64,000 nt of DNA from positions 64,666,001-64,730,000 of the forward strand of contig NC_058378.1 in assembly GCF_018350175.1 (NCBI RefSeq), read 5' to 3'. Positions 48,406 through 60,560 of this stretch are shown here, in pieces. Every line of letters begins with the position of its first letter. Position 1 is the stretch's first letter. Below the pieces are notes generated by a model that was not told where the DNA came from, searched no databases, and saw only the letters and a program-made list of their open reading frames with translations. The DNA comes from Felis catus (taxonomy: Eukaryota). The position numbers and the translations under genes are program-made.

Positions 48406-48655
48406 TTTTTAACTTTATTTATTTTGAGAGGGAGAGAGAGTACATGCCTGTACATATGAGTAGAGGAGGGGCAGAGAGAGAGGGAGACAGAGAATCCCAC
48501 TTAGGTTCCACTCAGTCAGTGCAGGCAGAGCCTGATATGGGGCTCAAACCCATGAACCATGAGATCATGACCTGATCAAACATGAACCATGAGATCATGA
48601 CCTGAGCTGGAATCAAGAGTTGGATGCTCGACTGACTGAGCCACCCAGGTGCCTC
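48406..48655 (-). mobile_element. Can-SINE (older SINEC_Fc2-like) with a 30-bp internal duplication
   Basis: Core present. Imperfect TSD aacagatt(gcac/atat)ttctt. Confidence 0.93.
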
Positions 48656-50535
48656 AACAGATTATATTTCTTAAATATGTTCAATGATCCCTGGTTTTGC
48701 TGGTTTATGCTGGCTCTCTGGCCCCTTTTGGCTTTTAATGTTTAATCCTCTGCATTCTAGAATAGGATCATAATGAGGGAATTTTAGGAGGACTTTGTAA
48801 AAGGCATGAATCTAAACTTTGTACAGTTCCTCAAGTCAGTTCTCTAACCAGAGAGGACCCTGTTTGGCTGGCATAAAGCTTGGTCCATAGCAGGTCCATA
48901 GATCTTTGTAAATAAACAAATGAATGAATAAATGAGTGAGTAAATGAGTAGGTTCTTTTCACACCTGACTTTGGCTGAATGCAGTCCATGGACCCCAGTG
49001 ACATTATGAGTCTGAGTCCTCTCAAAAAAATCCTTGCTCTTGTGCTTGGAGGTAAGGACGGTAGAGACAAGGGGAAGAGCCTGTCTTTAACAGGAGAGTA
49101 ATTATTCTCTGTTCAGAGCAGCCCGTGAATGATTAGAACCAGTTTACGTATGCCTTGCTGGGTGTGCACACACACCACGCTGACTGCATCTGTAGATGAA
49201 TTGTTTTCCATAGAAAGTCAATAACAGTGACACAGGCTCCCGCCACCCAACCCTAAGCAATCATTCATCATCCACTTTGGGAGAAGGAAGAAACTTTATT
49301 TGCTTTTCCTAGAGGTGACAAATGAACACAAAATACAATTTATAGATTTAAAATATGTCACTTCTCTCTTTTTTTGGTATTAGTCCTTCTGACAACTCAG
49401 TGTCATCAGAAATTAAATACATCTTTATTCTCTTTGACTTGCTTCAGACTCAACATATGGCTATATGATGCAATTCTACAAAAGTCTGCCTGGCAGCCTT
49501 CTGATTCTTCCAGGTGCCTACTGAGGACATCCCCCTACTATTTAGTTTTCCAGATTCTCCTAGATGTGTTGTTCTTGGAATTCCATCATTTACCCATTTA
49601 GACAAAGTGGTAGTTAATAAGGGGCAATTTCACCACCTCCAGGAATACACCTGTCCCTACCATTCCTCTGGTCCTAAAGCACAAAGTATTTACTTTAGGT
49701 GTTGTTCACTATTTGTTTGCTCATTTGTCTACTCCTTGTCGTTCATGGACTCTAATCATGAAGAGGTAATATACTGGGGGTATCTCTTTTGCTTTGCTTA
49801 AGGCTTAACTGAGATTTAGACGCCTGTATCACAGGTGCAAAACAAATACTTTCCATAATGATAATGACAATGACAAAAAAAAAATACTGATAATAGCGAT
49901 TGGGCACTCCAGTTACCTAACCACTGTATTGAAACAAGAATCTGTCTATAAACACTATAAGAGGCTATTTGCAAACCTCTGGCTTCGATATTAAAAACAA
50001 ATTAGGTAAAATTGAATCGGAGCAAGTAAATGATGTGCTATCAATATAGGTGGAAAAGCTGCCTTTTCCCAAGGCGAGCTGAGCATTTATCCTTACCAGA
50101 TGAGTGGAGAGTGACAACAATAAGTGCTTACCAAGTGGCTGCCGTTTGGAGGACAGTGTTAGGGAAAGCTATACAGGATCCTAGAGTGACCCATGAAAAG
50201 GAAGTCACTGAAGTACAAACAACAGCAAGAAAAGGAGAGGGAAGTGATTAAATAGAAAAAAAAAAAAGCTCAAATAAGTATACACTGATAGAATCTGTAG
50301 AAAGGTGGACTCAGTGTACAATCCGACTCCTACCCACTGCCCACCCCCCCCAAACTCAGTGAAGCTCCTCTAACGCACAATCCATGTTCATTAACACAAA
50401 GTACGGTCATTAAATACTAAGAGGCCAAGAGAACATTTGGGCAACAGACCGTTTACTCCTGACCTGAAAGTTGATTCAATGAAATTGCAGGGAAACTGTG
50501 GCATTATATTCTAAACAGTTTATTCTGTGACCTTA

Positions 50536-50756
50536 CTTTTATTTTAAGTTTATGTTGAGAGAGCAGGGGTGGAGAGAGAAAGAGCATGCACATGCAGGGG
50601 ATGGACAGAGGGAGAGGAAGGGAGAGAATCCCAAGCAGGCTCTGTTCTGTCGGCACAGAGCCTGTCATGGGGGCTCAATCCCAAGAATCACCAGGTCATG
50701 ACTGGTGCAGAAATCAAGTAACAGACACTTGACCCACTAAGCCACACAGGCACCCC
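50536..50756 (-). mobile_element. Can-SINE (older SINEC_Fc2-like)
   Basis: gagagaatcccaagcaggctctgttctgtcggcacagagcc..gaaatcaagtaacagacacttgacccactaagccacacaggcacccc. Confidence 0.92.
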
Positions 50757-51559
50757 TCAATTTTATTGTTTTTAATGCGGACCCAGAGGCTTTGACTTTT
50801 TAGGGGCAAAAAGTGTTTTCAAGAAGTATATAGAATATTTTCATTCCAGTCCTTCATACATCTATTACTAGCCTTGTCAGAAAACTCCAGTTCTTAATTA
50901 TTACGTAACAATAAACTGTGCTCCTTTTGCCCAACCGTGTAGAGTACACAGGAAATTAACGATGTTCACTGGGAATGACAATGTATAGGTTACACTCCTT
51001 GGAAGACAATTCAAGAAAAAAAGCCTACGATTGAGTTCTTATTTCTCTTGGAACCACTGAACATAATTCTCTCCTTTGAGTCAACTTAGAGAATATCAAA
51101 CTAAAAAACACCATTTCATGGCAAGAATCTGCTTCCATTACCGTGGATGAAACTAATCGTTCCTACAAAGGAAACATATGTTCATGTACACGGGCAGGCT
51201 GATCTCCAGGGCTGAGCATAGGGATCGTGAACCACAGATCTGTTTTCCATGTGAAGAGTCATGATCAAATCCTAAACCTGACCCCAGTCAATGTTGCTGT
51301 GAATGTGTGTACCTTCTCAGAAAAAACAAAGAAAGAGAGTACATGTTGTGAAGGTCATTCATGTCACGAGAAGAAGGAAAAACAAACTATAAGCATAAAT
51401 TATAATCACAGGAAATAACAAGGGGACTGACTCCAAAGATGGATTTGAGTTTCATCTCTGCTATGTATCAGTTATGCCACTCTGAAAAGCTCATAGCTCA
51501 CTTAATCTTTTTATGAACCTGTTCTCTTGTTGAGAGTAGTAACACTATATAAAAAAAGT

Positions 51560-51745
51560 TTACATTTACTAAGTATCTGTTGTGTACAAGACACTCTACT
51601 AAGCCATTAAAATATTACTTCCTTAAATTGTTTAAAAATACTTCAGGTAGATACTATGTCCATTTGGCACATGAGGAAATGAGGCTTAGAGAAATGAGGT
51701 GATTAGTTCAAGGTCACACAGCTAGTCAGTGGTAAAGCTGTCTAT
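51560..51745 (-). mobile_element. MIR
   Basis: atgaggaaatgaggcttagagaaatgaggtgattagttcaaggtcacacagctagtcagtgg is the reverse MIR core. Confidence 0.85.
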
Positions 51746-51911
51746 GGCATATGTTGCAAGGGTTTATGTGTAGATTAAGTTCATCTGTGTGAAAGCAATG
51801 CTAAGTTTTATGCTAATGTTAATATTAGTACTTCACAAAGAATGGCACATTTAGTACTATATGTTTTATAAAAATGTGGGAGTTGAGTTCAAGAGAGGGG
51901 AGGAGGAGAGA

Positions 51912-52042
51912 NNNNNNNNNNNNNNNNNNNNNNNNNNNNNNNNNNNNNNNNNNNNNNNNNNNNNNNNNNNNNNNNNNNNNNNNNNNNNNNNNNNNNNNNN
52001 NNNNNNNNNNNNNNNNNNNNNNNNNNNNNNNNNNNNNNNNNN
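51912..52042. other. Assembly gap (131 N) in intron 3
   Basis: N run. Confidence 1.
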
Positions 52043-52609
52043 TCTCACAAAAATATTGCCTAGATGAGGAAAGGGGGTTGGCAATAAGCAATTAGGAGTT
52101 AGGTAATGGAGACTCTCAATAACAAAATGACTGATGAGATATTCCTGAGAAATAAAGGTAATGTTTTGGCTGTAAATACAAATCTATGAAATCAAAATAC
52201 CCAGACCTGCTTCACACTCAGATTTTTAATAATGACCCTGGCCTTCTTTTCTCACCCTTCTAGCATCATTCCTCCGGAAGACTGGTTTTATGCTTTATCA
52301 CAAGTATAGGTTAGAAAAAAATGGCAGAACTGAGCAAACAAGGTCTGACTTAATCATAGCACAGGTGGGGAAACAAACATTTCCCTCACAAGTAGATTCT
52401 CGAAGAAATTTATGCTAAAGCCAATAAAAATTGTTAACAGTGTAACTGATTTTATGATAAAGAGATCATATGACTCATTGGCACCTAAAAAAATGAAGTC
52501 ATTTTGCCAGAGAAATAGCTATTGTCATACAAAGGGGAAAGGAGGGAATATGGAATATTCATGAACAGTTAGCACTGTATCATCTGGTTCTTAAAAAAAT
52601 AAGATTTTA

Positions 52610-52816
52610 GGGGTACCTGGTGGATCAGTCAGTTAAAGTGTCTGACTTGAGCTCAGGTCATGATCTCACACTCCGTGAGTTCGAGCCCCACGTCAGGCTC
52701 TGTACTGACAGCTCAGAGCCTGGAGCCTGCTTCAGATTCTGTGTCTCCCTCTCTCTCTGCCCCTCCCCCTGCTCATGCTCTATCTCTCTCTGTCTCAAAA
52801 ATAAATAAAAACATTT
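52610..52816 (+). mobile_element. Can-SINE (SINEC_Fc-type), antisense to SORCS1
   Basis: Consensus core. Exact 16-bp TSD aaaaaataagatttta at 52594-52609 and 52817-52832. Confidence 0.96.
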
Positions 52817-54069
52817 AAAAAATAAGATTTTAAAGGAAGAGAATGATGGACAAATTTGAGAGATATTTTTAGTATTGCAGCCACTATGAAGACTGATTAA
52901 ATACCTTGAGAATATTTGAGCTTCCTTCAAAATTCCAGCATTATCCCATAGCCTCCACTCAAACTCAATCAGAACACACTTCCATGGTCATTACAAGTCC
53001 CAGAGTAACTTCTCTCTTAAATCCCCAAAGATCTATAAATGCCAAAAGGTTACATCATTTTAAAATGTTAGCTGCTATCAGACAGAGGAGCGATGCTGGG
53101 AGAAACGGACATTCATCTTCTTTGCTCCTGGGAAACTTTACAAGAAATGATGTTCATTTAATGATAAGAAATCTCTTTATTCCACCAGAAACGATAAAAG
53201 GAGGAGAGGTGGGGAGGAAGAGAGAGCAAGAAAGAGAAGCTATCGGTATATTTTAACATTGATTTAAGTGAGGGACACACCATTTTTGGTTAAATCTCTA
53301 AGTTGTGCATCTGATTGTAGAGTTTGAATAAATGTCAAGGTGAAAGTCAAGAGAATGAAAAGAAGAGCCCATACGAATGAACCTATTCTAAAAACGAGTG
53401 AACAGAACGTGCCCACATTCTTCATCCCTTGCTTTACCGTACCATCATCCTGACAAGCATGTTTCAGTTTTACTTACTTCTATTAATGCTTCATGGTAAA
53501 TGGGCAAATATACCAGGGTGGATCGGGGAAGATTAATGAGGTCTCAGCCACACGAGACCCCGCTAATGCATTTGGCTATTAAAGCTTTCCTGAGAAGACT
53601 GTGCAGACCACCAGGGGTTTCTCTCAAACAGGATTTGCAGATTAGTGAAGTGAGAATCTCCCCTGCAGCATCACTGCAGAGCTCCCAGGAAGATGGGGCG
53701 GAAAGGGAACATCCAGGAAGAAGTGCCTCCTGTTAACAGAGATCTGCTTCATGTAAATTTTTTTTCCTTAGGTCTTCAATTATTTAACGACAGACACTGA
53801 TCATTTCGAGTTGTCTTTGAGAGGGAGAAAATGGTGAATATGCTTAATCGACATGCCCCTGGGGATAATTACACGATCTGCTGTTTTTCCTCCCTACTTT
53901 CTTCCTTTCCTTCAGAGCAGGTGGTATAGCAGTGCAGTGTTTTAAGATGATGTGGTTTTTCCCCCCAAGACTGCATTTTCTAGGCCCTTCTATATCTCAG
54001 GTTAATTCCACTTGAAAATGCATACTCATAAATAGCAGAACGGATACAATATAATAAAGAGAAAAGGGT

Positions 54070-54642
54070 CTCTGTTCCACTTACTTACTGCTGTTTAACA
54101 AAGTACCTCAAAACTGTGGCTTCAGACAACTATTTATTTTGCTCATGGTTTTGTGGGTCAGGAATTCGGGAAGAGCTCAGCGAGGTAGTTGGTTTCAAAG
54201 CCACATGATGTCAACAGTGAGTCTGGAACCAGTGGTTCTACTTCCAAGATGGCTTCTTCACCCGTGTAATTGGCCTTAGCATCTCTCTCTTTCTACATGG
54301 AAGGGCATTCTCTCCATCTTGTCTGAACTTCACAAAGCACTGAATTTTCATCATTCTTGGATTTCTTAATTGGTGACCAGCTTCCTCAAAGTGTGAGTAT
54401 CCCAAAAGCAAGTAATTCAAGAGACTCAAGTGGAAGGTGCAATGCTTCTTATGACCTGGCTTCAGAAGTCCCAGCACATCCATTTTGCCACATTCTATTG
54501 GATAAACAAGTCACCAATTCTGGGTGAGATGTAAAGGGGGGTGGGGTGGGGAATAACTCCACCTCTTCAGGGAGGAAGAATACTTATACAGAGGAAAGGG
54601 TGGCAAGAATTGGTGGCAGCCATTTTGGAGATACATGATGAC
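54070..54642 (-). mobile_element. MLT1F/G/H-type MaLR solo LTR
   Basis: aacaaagtacctcaaaac..tttgtgggtcaggaattcggg..acttccaagatggct..cttatgacctggcttcagaagtc..cacattctattgg..ctccacctctt is the reverse-strand MLT1 motif order. Confidence 0.85.
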
Positions 54643-57009
54643 AAGTATTTTCTGTACAATTTGTCACTTAAAATTAAAAGGAGAATATGATTCAAAGTTT
54701 GTTATTATTGTTATATTCAATATGAATACTAAGGTCTTCTTGTGATCAGAGCAAATTTGACATACAGATGATTTGAAGTTGTCAGATTTTTCATTGGGTT
54801 TCAGCTACCTTAAACTTTTTGAATGCAGTACATTCCTAATCTGGTATCACTTCAAGGTGAATATTTATTGAAGACCAAATGAATTTTATTGTTAGTCACA
54901 GAGACATCAAGAGACCCAAGGTCACAGAATTCCAGGCTGTGGATTTTTTAGGGTGTATAAATTATCCAGATTAAATTACAGAAGGATACATCTGTTAAAT
55001 GTCCATTAGAGTGTGCATAACTAAGTCTTTATTAAGGGAGCCCATATCTAGGTATTACAGTCTCATCATTTAATTAAGGATACGATACTTTTTAAAAAAT
55101 GAGTTTCTTAGGAGCAAAATACTCTTTGTCTCTTTATGTTGACAACAAAAGCACCAATACCAATTACAATATAACCTAGCAATTGAAACCAAGATACTTA
55201 CTGTTCTCTTGGGTCTTAAAAAAACAAGTGACTTTTAGGTAACCTCGGACTAACAAAAACAACACAAGACCATTTGTGTCTGAGGGTGAATGGATGAATG
55301 GTAAATGTGTCTCAGACACATACAGAAATTTCAATTTTTATCATGGTGCAGGCCCGTGTAAAACCATCCAAAATTTTTATTTTATGTTTTTTTATTTTAT
55401 ATGCATCCTGCTGCATAACTCAATTCCTACTGATACTATGCCAACTCTGTAAAACACTCATCTGCTCCAAGATACTACCAACAGGGAATCCACACTTTTA
55501 AGAAAATAACCACAAAGTCAACTCTCTTGACTTCAGTGGTATTTCTCAGCACCCCAATTCAAAAGGAACAAAAGGGCTCTAAAAAAGTGTTCAAAAAGAA
55601 CACAAATCTTGCCATCATAGAACCTCTGCAAACCACATGATCTTTTATGGGTCTGTGCCAACATCATTTACGAGTCTTGTCATCACGATTGCTCAGAAGT
55701 TACCACGCTTAACAATTAGACTGATTCTTTAATCAAGGTGCTACCATACAATCCAATTATAATGGTGCAATTCTCTTTTGTGACTGTACCAAAGTACTTT
55801 TAGACTGGGATTCAGATATGTGATGAGTTGAATACACCTATAAAGACACTACCATTTACAAAATTGGCTGATCTTGATTTCAGAGCTGCTTTGACCATAT
55901 GACAGTTCACAGCCAGTTTGGCTTTCTCTGAATGGATCCCAGGGAGTGTGAACATATGTCCTGGACAGATTTTGTCCTAGACAGTCCTGGTTTAGTCATG
56001 TTGTATCATCATAAATATTGTTATTGGCACCCAAAAATGTATTGTTTGGGCAATAAATTACAATTCAACCTAGTGGGACAAAGATTTATCTAAAACCCTC
56101 AAAACATTATTCCAAAAGTAGGTAACCAAGCAAATTAAAAACAAACAAAAGAAAAAAAAAACAGTTACTACATTTAATGAGAGAAAAAAAAGTCTTCAAA
56201 CACATGGGTAGACCCACACATTCCTTAACAGAATTACACCACATATCCTTTACTTACCTTTCTCTGAAACTCGGGGTCATGAAAATATATCTCAATTAAT
56301 TCATTTTACTATGATATAATAATGCTTTCTAGAACTACTGAAGTGTGCCGAGCTCTCTGCTGAACATGAAATAGTTTTCTGAAGTCAGACCATTTTTCTT
56401 AACCCATCCCCAGCCTTCCACTGTCAGACAGGCTCTTGCTAATATAATAGAAACCTCTCTTCCACCTTCAGTCTAAATAATTCTCCCAATGACATATATT
56501 TATTAAATTAGGAACGAATTTCCCAAGTTAAACCTGTCTTAAAGAAAATTTATGTTTTTCTGGAAACCTTACCCAAATATATTGATCACTAAGCGAAGCC
56601 TCACCTGTGAAATAGTGAGTGACTACCTCCCAGTTCTTAGATACTCTCTACTTGCTTCAGCCTCTGTGGAATAGCTGACAAGACTAACAGGTTCTTCGTT
56701 AGTATCCCCACCAATCATGTTCTTTTCCTCTAAACGCCACACTTTTAACTATCAGGTTGCAGCTCAGTCTTGCTACTGGGGAGCCCCTCAAACCTGGTCT
56801 CTCTTCAATTCACAAACAGCCGGTCCTGGACCTAATTCCTTCAACTCAGAAGAAAAGGATAAAGACAAAGATGATAGGAGTACAGGTTTTTAACCCACTT
56901 GGCAGGTGTCTAGTGTGTGCTAAATATGCATGTGCCAATGGTATGAACATGTTGGGTTTTTTTTATTATTATTCATCTTTTTTTAAAACTTAGTAATTTT
57001 TTTTTCAAA

Positions 57010-57845
57010 TATGAGCAAGAATTAACATGCATGCATTACAGTAAATTTTGAAAAATGCCCCTAAAACATACTTAGGAGAAAGAAAAGAAAAATCACTCAA
57101 TCATCATGAGGCAGAGATAATTATCACTAATGTTTTGATATCTGCTTTCCCAATCTTTGTTTCTATGCAAACATAGATACACACAAAGATACAAATGGGG
57201 GAGGAGAAGAAAGGACAGGGGGCGAGCCAGAAAAAGAGAGAGAGAAAAGAGATTTATAAAGCAAGAGAGTATGCGTGATACTTTTTTAACCTGCTTTCCT
57301 CACTTTAAAACTACACTGCAAACATTTTCTAGGCTATTAAATATTCTCCCGTGTTATCATTTTTTATTGGCTACACAGAATTTGATTGTATGGATAAGCC
57401 ATTACGTAATGTATCCCTTATTAGAAGGTACCCAAACTTCACTGGTTCATAATCTTATGAACCAAAGTATATTAATATTTCTGTACATCAATTATTATTT
57501 CCTCAAGTCGTTTCCTCAATGTAGAATTTATGGAGCAAAGATATGAATTCTGTAACTTCTTTTGATTCATATGACCAAATGTCTTTCAGAAAAAGAAAGT
57601 CCTAATTCATAGTTCCTTGCCATGTCTTGGGAAGTACCTGTTACCAACGTGAGATTTTTCTCTCTCTTTTTATAATGTTTTCTAAGCTAACTGGGTGAAA
57701 AGGCATGTTTTGCATCAAGACACATTACTAATGATAGTCAATTTTCCTTCCTCCCTCTCTTCCTTTTGTCATTTGTGTTTAGACATTTGAATATCCTCAT
57801 TTGGTAGACTGCTGGTTCATATTTTTTCTCCACTTTATTATTTAT
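57010..57845 (-). mobile_element. Ancient L1ME-type fragment (probably continues near 58610-58740)
   Basis: aacctgctttcctcact..tttttattggctacacagaatttgattgtatgg..gtagaatttatggagcaaagatatg..ccaaatgtctttcagaaa..gaatatcctcatttggtagactgctggttcat. Confidence 0.6.
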
Positions 57846-57867
57846 TATTTATTAGTATTAGTATTTT

Positions 57868-58095
57868 AAAGCAAAACAATTTAATGGAGAAAAGATAGCT
57901 AAAACAACTGGACATCCACATGCAAACAAATGAAATCAGACTCTGGCTTTACACTTTCACAAGAATAACTCAAACGGATCACAGATCTAAATGTAAAACA
58001 TGCAACTATAAAACTTCTGGGAGATAACATAGAAGAAAATCTTGGTGACCTTGGATTTGGCAATGAATTTTTAGATACGACACCAAAACACAATC
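57868..58095 (+). mobile_element. L1MB-like ORF2 fragment
   Basis: aacaactggacatccacatgc..gatcacagatctaaatgtaaaa..gaaaatcttggtgaccttggatttggcaatgaatttttagatacgacaccaaaa. Confidence 0.8.
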
Positions 58096-58312
58096 ATAAA
58101 AGACTCTTAATGACAGTGAACAAACTTAAGGTTGATGGAGGGAGGGGGTGGGGGATGGGCTAGATGGATGATGGGTATTAGGAGGTCACTTATGATGAGC
58201 ACTGGGTGTTGTATGTAAGTGATGAATCACTGAATTCTACTCCTGAAACCAATATTTCACTGTATGTTAACTGAAATTTAAATAAAAATTTGAAACAACA
58301 AGGAAAAAAAAG
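58096..58312 (+). mobile_element. Short carnivore/felid L1 3' end
   Basis: agactcttaa..gatgagcactgggtgttgtatgtaagtgatgaatcactgaattctactcctgaaaccaatat..aaataaaa; same family as 17650-17848. Confidence 0.92.
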
Positions 58313-58399
58313 AGACACTTAACGACTGAGCCACCTATGTTCCCCAAAGCAGTTTTTAATAATAATGAAATCCAGCTTAGGATTTGTTCTTCCATTTTA

Positions 58400-58607
58400 T
58401 TATTTAAAAATACTTTTAAAGTTTATTTATTTTTGAAAGAGACAGAGACAGCACGAGCAGGGGAGGGGCAGAAAGAGAGAGAGCGAGAGGGAATCCCAAG
58501 CAGGTTCTACAGGGTCAGCACAGAGCCTGATGCGGGGCTCTAACTCATCAAACTGCAAGACCATGGAAAGAGTCGGACGCTTAACCACCTGAGCCACCCA
58601 AGCGCCC
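58400..58607 (-). mobile_element. Can-SINE (older type, internal deletion)
   Basis: gaatcccaagcaggttctacagggtcagcacagagcctgatgcggggctc..agtcggacgcttaaccacctgagccacccaagcgccc. TSD-like tccatttta on both sides. Confidence 0.92.
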
Positions 58608-59639
58608 TTTTTCTCCATTTTAAATCATGATCGTGCCTCTTTTTCTTGTTGATTTGTATAAATTGCCATTCCTACCTTATTATCTATTTGTAACAGTGCC
58701 TAATGTGCTTATACATATTTCCTATCCTTATCTAAGTTTCTGGAAAACACTCTGTACTATCATTCTGCACATACTATACACATACACAAGGGTGATCCCA
58801 GGTGAGTATTTCAAGTTTGAAGACAAGTTCCAAAGAGATTAGAAACTCTACACTGCACAATATTTCAGGAATTGTGTTCCCTGAATAAAGAAGCTGCAGA
58901 AAAACATTATTTCTCCATTTTTTACAATGCCATCAATTCACAGGCAAGCCTTTCTTGTCACCCATTTATCGTAAATCATAAGATGTTAAAAAATAGTTCA
59001 CTCACAAAGAGATTCAAATTTGTTAAACTACTATTTAAGAAGATTTTATACATACACGATGTTTCCATTTAAGCATGATATAGCACTTTACAAATGCAAA
59101 TTAAGATATTCCAACTAGAAAGTGAAGCAAACCTCAAGGGGGTGAAATTAGGCAGGGAGGGTATGAGGATTTCACCAAGATAATGCCAGAGCATTTTTTG
59201 ACATTTCTATGGCTCATAGCTAAGGACCCAATTCCCAGGACTGTATTCTAAACAGGAGACCACATAATAAGCAGACTTTCTATCCAGTGAGCATGAGCTG
59301 GGATTGAGTATTAACCAACTTTGTCTCAAACGTATGAGAAAATGTAAATTCGGCATTTTTTCCTCTTTGGTACAATTTACATTCAAATGATAAGTGAGGC
59401 ACTAAATGGAACATTATAATCTTATTTATAAGATATTTCAATAAAAATGTAAAAAATACTCTCAATAATTAAAATGCTTAGAATCCTTTTTTAGGCATTT
59501 CAAGAATAGAAAAAATATGACTTTTGGAATATAGAGGGTTTTTTTTTTTTTGAGAGAGAGAGAGAGAGAAAATTGTCACTCCTTGTGGGGTGGCCAGATG
59601 CTCACCATCCAGCCATTTATTTCTCCTTCTTTCTTTTTC

Positions 59640-60560
59640 TTCTCTCTAATTTATTTAGGTAGTTTTAGGTACCAAGTGCTAGCTACTAGGCTTAAGACTG
59701 GGGAGGAAGTGATGAATGAGACACTGAATGCCTTACTAGACTGAAATTTTCTACAACCCAGCTCTGATCCAGAAACAACAGACAAAATTCAGTGGGAAAA
59801 CACACAGGTGTATAGGTCCTGGGATGTACAAAGTAACGTGAGGGAACAGGAAAGCAGCTGTGCTCCTGTTCTTGGAATGAGGGAACGAGACACAGAACAT
59901 GTGACACTAAAAGGGGTTCTGAAGGCTGAGTAGGTATTTGATAGAAGGGGCGGAAAGGATTTCATGGCAGAGGACTCAGCATGCAAGGACAGAGAAATGC
60001 GAACACACATGACATGTTCAGGAAATAGCCAGTCCCTCACGATGGCAGAAGCTAGGTCAAGCAGTCTACAGCCAAGTTCCATAGCTTCATTAGCCATGGA
60101 AAGGGATTATGACTTAAATGGCAAGAGAATCTCTTTATTCTGAGTCATCCATACAGATTCAATACAGGACAACAGAAAGACTATAGCTCACTTAGAATCT
60201 TTACCCTGGAGGTAATAAAGAGGTTGGCTTAGAGAAAAGAAAACATTGGGGCACCTGGCTGGCTCAGTTGGTTACATGTCCGACATCGGCTTAGGTCATG
60301 ATTTCATGGTTCATGAGTTTGAGCCCCACATAGGGCTCTGGGCTGGCAATGTGAGGCCTGGAGCCCACTTTGAGTTCTATGTGGGTGTGTCTCTCTGCCT
60401 GCCCCTTCCCCACTCACACACTCTCTCTCTCTCTCTCTTTCAAAAATAAATAAACATTATATAATTTTAAAAAAAGAGCGACGAAAATGTGGAGTCAAGG
60501 AACTCACTTGAGAGGTTATTGCAACGGTTCATCTAAGAAAAGTTTGTCAGGAACATACCC
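59640..60560 (-). mobile_element. L2 fragment, split by the SINE at 60248
   Basis: ttctgaaggctgagtaggtatttg..ttcatggcagaggactcagcatgcaaggacagaga..catgacatgttcaggaaatagc..gaggttattgcaacggttca. Confidence 0.65.
60248..60475 (+). mobile_element. Can-SINE (SINEC_Fc-type), antisense to SORCS1
   Basis: ggggcacctggctggctcagttggtt..ggtcatgatttcatggttcatgagtttgagccccac..ctttcaaaaataaataaacatt. Confidence 0.93.

Noticed and set aside
51430-51745. Tail-to-tail inverted MIR pair
   Set aside because: Too diverged to expect stable pairing; such arrangements are common.
59539-59568. T13(GA)n resembling a SINE tail
   Set aside because: No SINE body and no TSD; cannot be told apart from a simple repeat.
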